Source of the DNA: Gammaproteobacteria bacterium
Lineage (GTDB): Bacteria; Pseudomonadota; Gammaproteobacteria; Pseudomonadales; CAMLJR01
Reading direction: 5' to 3'
Length of the DNA stretch: 45,008 nucleotides
Assembly (NCBI GenBank): GCA_050485745.1
Contig: JBJHBY010000002.1
Coordinates: forward strand, 1-45,008
The position numbers and the translations under genes were made by a program. The notes below the pieces were generated by a model. It was not told the DNA's origin. It ran no database searches and saw nothing but the letters and a program-made list of their open reading frames with translations. Position 1 is the first letter of the stretch; each line of letters starts with the position of its first letter. Positions 1-8,382 of the stretch are shown piece after piece.

Positions 1-1410
1 GTACAGGCCCACGCCCTCGGCGCCGCGCTCCAGGGAGCGGGCCACGTCCGCCATCAGGCCGGTGTTCACCCAAAGGGGCACGCGGTGGCCGTCGCGGGTT
101 TCACAGGGCAGGTCGCGCAGGGCCTCGAGCCCGCGGGAGAGCTCCTGCTCCTCGCGCACGATGGCCTCGAACTGGGTGCGCAGTTCCGGTGTCGGGCTGT
201 AGTAAACGAAGCCGTTGTAGCCGTCGAGGATCAGCTCGCTGCCCTCGATCTGGGTAAAGGGCAGGTCCACCGCGCCCATCACCGTGGGAATACCCATGGC
301 GCGAGCCAGAATGGCGACGTGGGAGTTGCCCGAGCCGCGCACGGAGACCAGCCCCACGAGCTTGTCCTTGGGTACCTCGCCCAGCATGGAGGCGGTCAGT
401 TCCTCCCCCACCAGGATGGTGTCATCGGGGTACACCGTGGGCTCGGTGTTGGCGGCCTGCAGATACGCCAGCACCCGGCGGCCCAGATCCTTGACGTCGA
501 CGGCGCGTTCCTTGAGGTACGGGTCGTCCATCATCTCGAAGGTGCGCACATGGGACAGGATGACCTGCGACAGGGCACCCTGGGCCCAGTTGCCGGCGCG
601 GATGCGTTCGTCCACTTCCGAGGCGAGGGCGTGATCGTCGAGCATGCGCAGGTAGACGTCGAACAGGGCCTGCTCTTCCGGCGCCAGGCGCGTGGACAGC
701 TTCTGGCTCAGGGCCTGCATGTCCTGCCGTACCAGCGCCAGGCATTCGTGGAAGAAGCGTATTTCCGCCTCCGGGTCGCCACAGCCGCGTGTCGGCACAG
801 AGCCGAGATCCGCCGGAGGGGAGACCACCACGGCATGGCCGATGACCACGCCCGGCGCGCCGCCGACACCCTGAAAGCGGGCCCCGCCACGCTTCTGGCC
901 GCCACCCGCCGCGACGGCGTGGATGGCACCCGTGGCCTGGGCGTGGGCGATGACCCCGGCGAGTTGTGCCGAGCAGGTGACGAGGAAGGCTTCCTCATTT
1001 TCGTCGAAGCGGCGCCGCTCCTGCTGCTGTACCACCAGCACGCCCAGCACCTTGCGCTGGTGAATGATGGGGACACCCAGGAAGGAGCTGTAGCGCTCCT
1101 CACCGATACCGGGCAGGAACAGGAAGTTGGGGTGAGACTCGGCGTCGTCGAGGTTGATCGGTTCCTCGCGCTTGGCCACCTGCCCCACCAGGCCCTCGTC
1201 GGGCGCGAGGCTGATCTTGCCGATGAAGCTGGGGTTGAGGCCCTCGTTGGCCATGAAGTGCAGGCGCCCGGTCGCCGGCTCGCGCAGGTACACGGTGCAG
1301 ACCTCGGTGCCCATGGCCTCACGGACCCGCTGCACAATGATGTTCAGGGCAGATTGCAGGTCATCCGCCGCATTGACTTGCTGGACAATGCTGCGGAGAG
1401 ACTCAAGCAT
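1..1410 (-). CDS. ptsP: Phosphoenolpyruvate-protein phosphotransferase PtsP (GAF + enzyme I domains). First 470 codons only; the C-terminus runs off the left window edge.
   Basis: Absent from the ORF track because it is open at the edge. Hand translation of the minus strand from ATG (complement of 1408-1410) gives MLESLRSIVQQVNAADDLQSALNIIVQRVREAMGTEVCTVYL... (GAF-like), then SVRGSGNSHVAILARAMGIPTV (EI phosphohistidine region). It reaches base 1 in frame at ...ERGAEGVGLY. Lies directly downstream of rppH, the classical rppH-ptsP arrangement. Confidence 0.9.
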   Translation of the reverse strand, partial: MLESLRSIVQQVNAADDLQSALNIIVQRVREAMGTEVCTVYLREPATGRLHFMANEGLNPSFIGKISLAPDEGLVGQVAKREEPINLDDAESHPNFLFLPGIGEERYSSFLGVPIIHQRKVLGVLVVQQQERRRFDENEEAFLVTCSAQLAGVIAHAQATGAIHAVAAGGGQKRGGARFQGVGGAPGVVIGHAVVVSPPADLGSVPTRGCGDPEAEIRFFHECLALVRQDMQALSQKLSTRLAPEEQALFDVYLRMLDDHALASEVDERIRAGNWAQGALSQVILSHVRTFEMMDDPYLKERAVDVKDLGRRVLAYLQAANTEPTVYPDDTILVGEELTASMLGEVPKDKLVGLVSVRGSGNSHVAILARAMGIPTVMGAVDLPFTQIEGSELILDGYNGFVYYSPTPELRTQFEAIVREEQELSRGLEALRDLPCETRDGHRVPLWVNTGLMADVARSLERGAEGVGLY

Positions 1411-1425
1411 GGCGGAATCCTTGAC

Positions 1426-1917
1426 TCACTGGGGGCTGACCAGGCGCGCGTGGCGGGGGGCGAGTTCCTTCATGGCGCGGCGGTAGACCTCGCGTTTGAA
1501 GGGCACGACCTGGGACAGCGGATACCAGTAGCTGACCCAGGCCCAGTGGTCGAACTCGGGTTTGTCGCCACAATCCATGCGTACCGCGTCGTCCCCGGAC
1601 AACATCTGCAGCAGGAACCACTTCTGCTTTTGCCCGATGCACACCGGGCCGCGGCCGCGCTGCCGCACCATCCGCTCTGGCAGGCGGTAGCGCAGCCAGC
1701 CGCGGGTGCTGGCGAGAACGCGCACGTCCTGCGGGTGCAGGCCGACCTCCTCGTGCAGTTCGCGGAACAGGGCCTCCTCCGCACTCTCGTCCTGCTGGAT
1801 GCCGCCCTGGGGAAACTGCCAGGCGTCCTGGCCGACACGACGGGCCCACAATACCTCGCCCCTGGCGTTGGCCAGGACGATTCCTACATTGGGGCGGAAG
1901 CCTTCGGCGTCGATCAC
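1426..1917 (-). CDS. rppH: RNA pyrophosphohydrolase RppH (NudH), Nudix family
   Basis: Part of ORF 1426..2130(-). Contains [16 protein letters not shown]...[28 protein letters not shown] (Nudix box GGx5Ex7REx2EExG). The upstream part of the ORF is Arg/Pro-rich junk, so the start is trimmed to GTG at 1917 ([12 protein letters not shown]), matching the usual RppH N-terminus. Confidence 0.88.
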   Translation of the reverse strand: MIDAEGFRPNVGIVLANARGEVLWARRVGQDAWQFPQGGIQQDESAEEALFRELHEEVGLHPQDVRVLASTRGWLRYRLPERMVRQRGRGPVCIGQKQKWFLLQMLSGDDAVRMDCGDKPEFDHWAWVSYWYPLSQVVPFKREVYRRAMKELAPRHARLVSPQ

Positions 1918-2098
1918 GGACAAGCCTGCGTGGGGTCGGGGTACAGCCAAAGTATTGTTCCATAAATGCTCTGGCCCGAACAATCCTGCTCCTAGGGGGC
2001 TTTGTAAAGTACTGCCGCATGGCGGGGCTTGCCGTCCGGGTTGGTCCGGTGTGGCCGGGAGCGTTATCCTATGGCCTTTTTGACGGGGGTGCCGACGC

Positions 2099-2755
2099 TT
2101 GGCTCTGGCGATTTTCGATCTCGACAACACCTTGCTGGGTGGCGACAGCGACCATGCCTGGGGGGAGTTCCTGGTGGCCCGTGGCCTGGTGGATGCGGTC
2201 AGTTATCGGGAGGGCAACGACCGCTATTACCGTGCGTATCAGGAGGGCACACTCGACATCCATGAGTTCCTGGCCTTCGCCCTGGAGCCGTTGACGCGAA
2301 TCGAGGCCGAGACGCTGCGCCGGCTGCAGGAGGAATTTCTGCGCGAGATGATCGAACCGATGCGCCTGCCCCGGGCCGAGGCGCTGCTGACGGAGCACCG
2401 CGAGCGCGGTGACCTGTTGCTGATCATCACCGCCACCCACTCGGTGGTGACCCGGCCGATCGCCGCACTGCTGGGGGTTGAGCACCTGCTCGCGACCGAG
2501 CCCGAGGTGGACGGCGGCCGTTACACCGGCCGCGTCGCCGGAGTGCCCTGTTTTCGCGAGGGCAAGGTCGAGCGCCTGCAGGCCTGGCTGGGTGAGCACG
2601 GCCAGGCGTTGGCGGGCGCTCACTTCTACAGCGACTCCCACAACGACCTGCCGTTGCTGGAGCGCGTGGATCACCCGGTGGCGGTGGACCCGGATCCGCA
2701 GCTGGAGAGCACGGCCCGTGAGCGCGGCTGGCGAGTGATCAGCCTGCGTGAGTGA
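2099..2755 (+). CDS. HAD-superfamily subfamily IB hydrolase (SerB-like phosphatase family)
   Basis: ORF 2099..2755. N-terminal DxD motif [11 protein letters not shown], later LLIITATHS and [10 protein letters not shown] (HAD motifs II-IV). TTG start as in the track; divergent from rppH. Confidence 0.8.
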   Translation: MALAIFDLDNTLLGGDSDHAWGEFLVARGLVDAVSYREGNDRYYRAYQEGTLDIHEFLAFALEPLTRIEAETLRRLQEEFLREMIEPMRLPRAEALLTEHRERGDLLLIITATHSVVTRPIAALLGVEHLLATEPEVDGGRYTGRVAGVPCFREGKVERLQAWLGEHGQALAGAHFYSDSHNDLPLLERVDHPVAVDPDPQLESTARERGWRVISLRE

Positions 2756-2780
2756 GCCGCTGCCTCTCGGGGGCTTGCTC

Positions 2781-3986
2781 TCAGGGGTGGCGGAGAACCC
2801 GTGTGAACACGCTCTTCAGGTAGTCGGTTTCCGGAATTGACGGGTGGACAGGGTGATCGACGCCCTGGCCACAGTGCTCGAGAATCTGCAGGTGGCGGTC
2901 GACGTGGCGTGCCGCACCGCGCAGTACGTCGACCAGGGTCTCTCTCGCCAGGTGCAGGGAGCAGGAGGCGGAGATCAGGCAGCCATCCTCGCTGAGCAGG
3001 CGCAGCCCCAGCTCGTTGATACGCCGGTAGGCCTGCTCCCCGGCCTTCTGGTCCTTGCGCCGGGGGATGAACGCCGGCGGGTCGAGGATGATGGTGTCGA
3101 AGCGCGCACCGCTGTCCGCCAGCTCCTTCAGGCGCTCGAAGGCGGAGCCCTCCAGGGTCTCGACCCGGTCCTCGACCCCGTTCAGCCCGGCGTTGCGGCG
3201 CACGCCTTCGAGGGCGGTGGCGGAGCTGTCCAGACAGGTCACATGGCTCGCGCCCAGGCAGGCGGCCTGGATGCCCCAGCCGCCGATGTAACTGAACACA
3301 TCGAGTACCGAACGTCCCTGCACGTAGGGCGCCAGGCGGCCCCGGGCCGCGCGGTGGTCATAGAACCAGCCCGTCTTCTGGCCACTGGCCAGCGGCGCCA
3401 GGAAGCGCACCCCGTTCTCCTCCAGCTCCGCCAGCTCGGGTACCTCGCCAAGGGCACTCTCGACGTAAGTGGGCAGTTGCTCACCCGCGCGGCTGCGGCT
3501 GTCGTTCTTGAGCAGGATAGCGCTGGGCCGCAGTACCTGCTGCAGGGCTTCAAGCAGGGCCTCGCGCTGCCGCTCCATGCCGGCAGTGCTGATCTGCACC
3601 ACCAGGACATCGCCGTAACGATCCACCACCAGCCCGGGCAGGCTGTCGCTGTCGCCGTAGACCAGGCGGTAGAACGGGCGCGCGAAGAAGCGTTCGCGCA
3701 GGCTCAGGGCGACCTGCAGGCGGTGGATCAGCAGGGAGCGGCCGAGGCGGTGGCGGCGGTCACGGCTGATCAGGCGGGCACAGATCAGGGTATGCGGGTT
3801 GACGTAGCCGCTGCCCAGCCACTGGCCGCCGGCACTGAAGACGTCCACCTCGTCGCCCGGGGCAAAGGGTTTCAGCGGGCTGCGGGCGGTATCGACCTCG
3901 TTGCTGTAGACCCAGTTGTGACCGCCGCGCAGGCGGCGCTCGGCGCGGGGTTGCAGATGCAGGGCGGGCAGTTCGGGCTGGGTCAT
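2781..3986 (-). CDS. rlmI: Class I SAM-dependent 23S rRNA (m5C) methyltransferase, RlmI-like (PUA-like N-domain + MTase)
   Basis: ORF 2781..4046(-), trimmed to the ATG at 3986 (MTQPELPALHLQPRAERRLRGGHNWVYSNEV). SAM-binding region VLDVFSYIGGWGIQAA and catalytic region IILDPPAF...LISASCS are typical of RlmI/RlmK-type enzymes. Confidence 0.75.
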   Translation of the reverse strand: MTQPELPALHLQPRAERRLRGGHNWVYSNEVDTARSPLKPFAPGDEVDVFSAGGQWLGSGYVNPHTLICARLISRDRRHRLGRSLLIHRLQVALSLRERFFARPFYRLVYGDSDSLPGLVVDRYGDVLVVQISTAGMERQREALLEALQQVLRPSAILLKNDSRSRAGEQLPTYVESALGEVPELAELEENGVRFLAPLASGQKTGWFYDHRAARGRLAPYVQGRSVLDVFSYIGGWGIQAACLGASHVTCLDSSATALEGVRRNAGLNGVEDRVETLEGSAFERLKELADSGARFDTIILDPPAFIPRRKDQKAGEQAYRRINELGLRLLSEDGCLISASCSLHLARETLVDVLRGAARHVDRHLQILEHCGQGVDHPVHPSIPETDYLKSVFTRVLRHP

Positions 3987-4123
3987 CGCGGGGTCTCCGG
4001 GCGGGGCGGGCATTATACGCAGCCCCGGGGCGTCGCAGACAGTCATGCGACTGGCGGCGACGCCACCTTTGGTTACACTTGTACCCCGGGAGCGACCCCG
4101 GTGATCGCAGCGGGAGGCCGGCC

Positions 4124-5005
4124 ATGGCCATGGAATTGACCGTCGAACAGATTCGCAACGTGCTTGCGGGCATTGCCGTGCCGCCGCAACCCCAGATCAT
4201 GGTCGACCTGCAGATGGAGCAGCTGGCTCCGGACCGGGACATCCGGCGCATTGCCCAGCTCATCAGCCAGGATGTGGGCTTGTCGGGCAGTATCCTGAAA
4301 ACGGTGAACTCGCCGTTCTTCGGTCTCAAGAACAAGCTCACGTCGGTGCGCCAGGCCTGCGACCTGCTCGGTATCGAGAGCGTGGTCAACATTCTCAATG
4401 CCCTGTCGATTCGCGGTGAACTGTCGGATGAGGACATCGTCGAGATGGGGCGCTTCTGGGACAGCGCCCAGGATGTGGCCATGGCCTCCGCCACCATCGC
4501 CAAGCAGATCGGCGCCCGCTCCCCGGAGGAGGCCTATACCTTCGGCCTGTTCCACAACTGCGGCATTCCCCTGCTGGTGCGGCGCTTTCCGAGTTACGTG
4601 ACGGTGATGCGCGAGGCTTACGCCGAGCCGCAGCCGCGCATCATCGACGTCGAGAACCGCTACTTCAACACCAATCACGCGGTGGTCGGGTATTACGTTG
4701 CCAAGTCCTGGCACCTGCCGCGCTACATGTGCGAGGCGATCCACGACCACCACAGTGCCGAGGCCATTTTTGCCGACCCGGATTACCCGGAGGTGGAAAA
4801 GAAAAACCTGCTGGCCATCCTGAAGATGGCCGAGCACATCTGCGCCAGCTACCGCACCCTGGGATCCCAGGAAGAAGATTACGAGTGGACGCGGCTGGAG
4901 GAGAATCTGCTGATCTACGTGGGTCTCAGCGTATATGACTTCCAGCAGATGAAGGAGTCCTGTCTGGAGCAGGGCCTGGGGGCGTCCGGCCCCATTCATT
5001 TTTAG
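4124..5005 (+). CDS. HDOD domain-containing signalling protein (stand-alone)
   Basis: ORF 4079..5005, trimmed to MAMELTVEQ (GGGAGG 6-11 nt upstream). IAQLISQDVGLSGSILKTVNSPFFGLKNKLTSVRQACDLLGIESVVNIL and GLFHNCGIPLL...NHAVVGYYVAKSWHLP match the HDOD pattern. Confidence 0.8.
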   Translation: MAMELTVEQIRNVLAGIAVPPQPQIMVDLQMEQLAPDRDIRRIAQLISQDVGLSGSILKTVNSPFFGLKNKLTSVRQACDLLGIESVVNILNALSIRGELSDEDIVEMGRFWDSAQDVAMASATIAKQIGARSPEEAYTFGLFHNCGIPLLVRRFPSYVTVMREAYAEPQPRIIDVENRYFNTNHAVVGYYVAKSWHLPRYMCEAIHDHHSAEAIFADPDYPEVEKKNLLAILKMAEHICASYRTLGSQEEDYEWTRLEENLLIYVGLSVYDFQQMKESCLEQGLGASGPIHF

Positions 5006-5021
5006 CCATTTTTAGCCATTT

Positions 5022-5411
5022 CTAGCTTTCGTCACACTGCTCGCGGTAGGCGTCGGCATCCAGCAGTTGCTCCAGTTCGTCGATGGCACTGGGCTGCAGG
5101 CGGAAGAACCAGCCGTCGTTGTAGGGGTCTGCGTTGACTGTCTCGGGGCTGTCCTCGAGCTGTTCGTTGACGGCGATCACCCGCCCGGAAACCGGCGCGT
5201 AGATGTCCGATGCCGCCTTGACCGACTCCACCACGCCGGTTTCGTCACCTGCGCCAAACTCCGCACCCAGCGGGGGCAGCTCCACGAACACCACGTCCCC
5301 CAGTTCATTCTGGGCGTGGTCGGTGATTCCCACAGTGACGCTGCCGTCGTCCTCCAGGCGCGCCCACTCGTGGCTGCTGGCGTACTTGAGTTCCTTGGGA
5401 AGCTGGCTCAT
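5022..5411 (-). CDS. gcvH: Glycine cleavage system H protein (lipoyl carrier)
   Basis: ORF 5022..5498(-), trimmed to the ATG at 5411 ([34 protein letters not shown]). The lipoyl-lysine motif [16 protein letters not shown] is present. Confidence 0.92.
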   Translation of the reverse strand: MSQLPKELKYASSHEWARLEDDGSVTVGITDHAQNELGDVVFVELPPLGAEFGAGDETGVVESVKAASDIYAPVSGRVIAVNEQLEDSPETVNADPYNDGWFFRLQPSAIDELEQLLDADAYREQCDES

Positions 5412-5526
5412 GGGGGCATCCTCGGGCTGGCCGGCGTTGCGGGTGATATCGTCGGTTTGAAGTGGGTCGCATTCTACCCGCGAGCCGGGGAAATACAAAC
5501 TGTCGCGGGTGTGGGGCTGGCGCAGG

Positions 5527-7182
5527 TCACAGCCGCGCCGAGCGGCGCACCACCACCGCCACCGGGATCAGCCCGGCCAGGACCAGGGTCACCGCCGGCA
5601 GTGCCGCGCGCTCCCATTCGCCCTCCGCGGTCAGTTCGAAGATGCGGATGGCCAGGGTGTCCCAACCAAAGGGGCGCAACAGCAGGGTGGCGGGCATTTC
5701 CTTCATGATGTCCACAAACACCAGGACCAGGCCGGTGAGCAGGCCCGGTTTGAGTATGGGCAGGATCACCCGGCTGAACAGTGTCCACTGGCTGGCGCCC
5801 AGGGTGCGGGCCGCCTCGGGGATGGAGGGCCGGATACGCCCCAGGCTGGTTTCCACCGGGCCGCTGGCCACGGCGAGAAAGCGGATCCAGTAGGCGGCGA
5901 GCAGGGTCAGTACGCTGCCCACCAGCCAGGCCCGGGGTTCGAAGCCGAGCCAGGCCTGCACCGGGATCAGCAGGCGCTGCTCAATGGCGGTGAAGCTGAG
6001 CACGATACCCACCGCGAGCACCGAGCCGGGCAGGGCGTAGCCGAGGTTGGCGAGGTCGAAGAAGCCGCGCAGGCGCAACGAGGCGCGGCGTCGGCACCAG
6101 GCGATGAGCAGGGCCATGGTCACGGTGATCAGTGCGCCCGTGGCGGCCAGGGTCAGGGTGCGCAGCAGCAGGCTGACAAAGCGGGCATCGAGGTCGCTGC
6201 TGCGCTGTACCACCCAGATCAACAGCTGCAGAATTGGCGCGATAAAAGCCAGGGTCAGCACGGTCAGGGCAAAGCCGGTCGCCGCCAGGCCCAGGGGCCG
6301 CGACAGACGGTAACGGTGGTGATGGTGCAGCCGCGCACCCTGCACAAAGCTGGCGCGGCCACGGCTGCGGCGCTCGGCATACAGGGTGAGGGCGACGAAC
6401 AACAGCAGCAGCGAGGCCAGTTGCGCCGCCGCCTGCAGGCTGAAAAAGCCGAACCAGGCCTTGTAGATCGCGGTGGTGAAGGTATCGTAGTTGAATACCG
6501 CCACGGTGCCAAAGTCGGCGAGGGTTTCCATCAGTGCCAGTGAGGTGCCGGCGACGATGGCCGGGCGGGCCATGGGCAGGGCGACGCGAAAGAAGGCCTG
6601 CCAGGGGTTGCAGCCGAGCACCCGGGCCGCTTCGAGCACATCGCTGCCCTGGGCCAGAAAGGCGCTGCGGGCCAGCATGTAGACGTAAGGGTAGAGCACC
6701 AGCACCAGCACCAGCACCACGGTGAGGTCGCTGCGCACGTCCACCGCCTGCCACTCCGGCCCCTGCCAGCTGCGCAGCAGGCCCTGCACCGGGCCGGAGA
6801 AGTCGAACAGACCGAGGGTGACGAAGGCCAGCACGTAGGCGGGAACGGCCATGGGCAGCATCAGCGCCCAGTCGAACACGCGGCGCCCGGGGAATTCGCA
6901 CATGACCGTCAGCCAGGCCAGGCTGACACCGAGCAGGACTACCCCGGTACCCACTCCGAGCACCAGAACCGCGGTATTGCGCAGCAGGGTGCCGAGCTGG
7001 GTGGCGATCAGGTGCTGCCAGATCTCGGTCTCGCTGCTGGTCCAGCTCAGCAGCACCACGGCGATGGGGGCGAGTACCGCCACCACCGCCAGCAGGCCGA
7101 TCAGGCGCAGCCAGCGCTCCAGGCGTTGGTCGTCACCAGCCCCGGGCAGGCCCAGGCTGGCGGCTTCGGTGTGGCTGATCAC
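5527..7182 (-). CDS. Fe(3+) ABC transporter permease, fused two-domain FbpB-like
   Basis: ORF 5527..7182(-), 551 aa, about 12 predicted hydrophobic helices. Two copies of the EAA-type loop ([21 protein letters not shown] and [21 protein letters not shown]), as in FbpB/HitB-type iron permeases. Follows the FbpA-like gene. Confidence 0.85.
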   Translation of the reverse strand: MISHTEAASLGLPGAGDDQRLERWLRLIGLLAVVAVLAPIAVVLLSWTSSETEIWQHLIATQLGTLLRNTAVLVLGVGTGVVLLGVSLAWLTVMCEFPGRRVFDWALMLPMAVPAYVLAFVTLGLFDFSGPVQGLLRSWQGPEWQAVDVRSDLTVVLVLVLVLYPYVYMLARSAFLAQGSDVLEAARVLGCNPWQAFFRVALPMARPAIVAGTSLALMETLADFGTVAVFNYDTFTTAIYKAWFGFFSLQAAAQLASLLLLFVALTLYAERRSRGRASFVQGARLHHHHRYRLSRPLGLAATGFALTVLTLAFIAPILQLLIWVVQRSSDLDARFVSLLLRTLTLAATGALITVTMALLIAWCRRRASLRLRGFFDLANLGYALPGSVLAVGIVLSFTAIEQRLLIPVQAWLGFEPRAWLVGSVLTLLAAYWIRFLAVASGPVETSLGRIRPSIPEAARTLGASQWTLFSRVILPILKPGLLTGLVLVFVDIMKEMPATLLLRPFGWDTLAIRIFELTAEGEWERAALPAVTLVLAGLIPVAVVVRRSARL

Positions 7183-7216
7183 CGCCGCACCCGCAGGGGC
7201 CTCACCGGCTGCTGCA

Positions 7217-8293
7217 TCAGCGGTACCCGACCCGGTCCATCAGGCGAATGGCGTTCCCCTGCAGGCGGCCCGCTTCTCCCACCGGTAACTCGTCGCCGTG
7301 AAAATCACCCCAGGCCGTCACTGCACCCGTGGCCGGGACCGAGGGGTTGGCCGGGTATTCCATGTTGAGCTCGGCGAAGAGCTGCTGTGCGTCGGGGCCG
7401 GCGAGCCATTCGAGCAAGCGCTGGGCAGCCTCGGGCTGGGGGGCGTGGCGGGTGATGCCGGCGCCGGATACATTGAGGTGCACGCCACGCCCGGCTGCGC
7501 CTTCGCCTTCCTGGTTCGGCCAGAACAGGGCGAGGGGCAGTTGCGGGCGGTCCCGCATCAGGCGCCCATAGTAATAGGTGTTGACGATGCCGACATCGCA
7601 CTGGCCGGCGGCGACCGCCTCCATCACCTGGGTGTCGTTGGCGAAGGGTGCCATGGCCAGGTTATCCACCCAGCCCCGGACGATGGCCTCGGCCTCTGCT
7701 TCGCCGAGGCTGGCGATCATGGTCGCCACCAGCGACTGGTTATAGACCTTCTTGGAGGTGCGCAGGCACAGCCGGCCGCGCCACTTCGGGTCTGCCAGGT
7801 CCTCATAGGTCGACAGCTGCTCCGGATCCAGCCTGTCGCGGTTGTAGACCAGGGTACGGGCGCGAATCGACAGCCCGAACCAGCGCCCCTCGGCATCGCG
7901 CAGGTGCGCCGGGATTGCGGCTTCCAGAATGTCGGATTGCAGCGGGCGCAGCACGCCGGTCTCGGCACCCTGCCACAGGTTGCCGGCATCGACGGTCATC
8001 AGCAGGTCGGCGCGGGTATTGGCACCCTCGGCCGCCAGGCGCGTCAGCAGGGGTCCGGCGTCATCGGTGATGTAGCGCACGCGGATGCCGGTTTCCTCGG
8101 TGAAGCGGTCGAACACGGGCCTGATCAGGTGCTCGGCGCGCGCGGAGTACACCACCAGGGTGACGGGTTCGCTGCGCTCTGTGTCGGTACCGCTGGTGCG
8201 GTCACCCTGACAAGCGGCCAGGCCAGTGCCCAGGGCGAGAGCGATCAGGGCGGAGCTCAGGAGTCGTACCGGTGATGGGAGAGTCAGGCGCAT
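7217..8293 (-). CDS. Fe(3+) ABC transporter periplasmic substrate-binding lipoprotein, FbpA-like
   Basis: ORF 7217..8293(-). Signal peptide plus lipobox LGTGLAAC, a class II SBP pattern, and the adjacent-tyrosine motif VNTYYYG typical of ferric-binding proteins. A Fur box lies immediately upstream. Confidence 0.85.
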   Translation of the reverse strand: MRLTLPSPVRLLSSALIALALGTGLAACQGDRTSGTDTERSEPVTLVVYSARAEHLIRPVFDRFTEETGIRVRYITDDAGPLLTRLAAEGANTRADLLMTVDAGNLWQGAETGVLRPLQSDILEAAIPAHLRDAEGRWFGLSIRARTLVYNRDRLDPEQLSTYEDLADPKWRGRLCLRTSKKVYNQSLVATMIASLGEAEAEAIVRGWVDNLAMAPFANDTQVMEAVAAGQCDVGIVNTYYYGRLMRDRPQLPLALFWPNQEGEGAAGRGVHLNVSGAGITRHAPQPEAAQRLLEWLAGPDAQQLFAELNMEYPANPSVPATGAVTAWGDFHGDELPVGEAGRLQGNAIRLMDRVGYR

Positions 8294-8325
8294 GGGGTTA
8301 CCCGCAGGGTGCAGAAGTTGCGAAG

Positions 8326-8354
8326 ATGATAATTATTATCACTTGGTTTCGCAA
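8326..8354 (-). promoter_or_regulatory. Candidate sigma70 promoter overlapped by a perfect Fur box, driving the FbpA/FbpB genes
   Basis: 8327-8341 reads TGATAAT-T-ATTATCA, an exact 7-1-7 inverted repeat, and GAAGATGATAATTATTATC matches the 19-mer Fur consensus at 16/19. On the minus strand: -35 TTGCGA (8349-8354), 17-nt spacer, -10 TATCAT (8326-8331). About 35 nt upstream of the ATG at 8293. Confidence 0.8.
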
Positions 8355-8382
8355 TGCCCGCTCTGTGGCGGGGGTTCTGCGC

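Noticed and set aside
85-1965. 626-aa plus-strand ORF spanning the ptsP/rppH region
   Set aside because: The translation is Gly/Ala/Arg/His/Gln-rich with no motifs. It is the antisense shadow of the clearly recognisable minus-strand ptsP and rppH genes. High GC suppresses stop codons in wrong frames.
4073-4999. 308-aa minus-strand ORF exactly antisense to the HDOD gene
   Set aside because: It has no recognisable motifs, whereas the plus-strand frame matches the HDOD pattern and has a good RBS.
5412-5526. Glycine riboswitch upstream of gcvH
   Set aside because: The sense-strand leader lacks the tandem GGAGAG...CACCGAAGGGGCAA-type cores.
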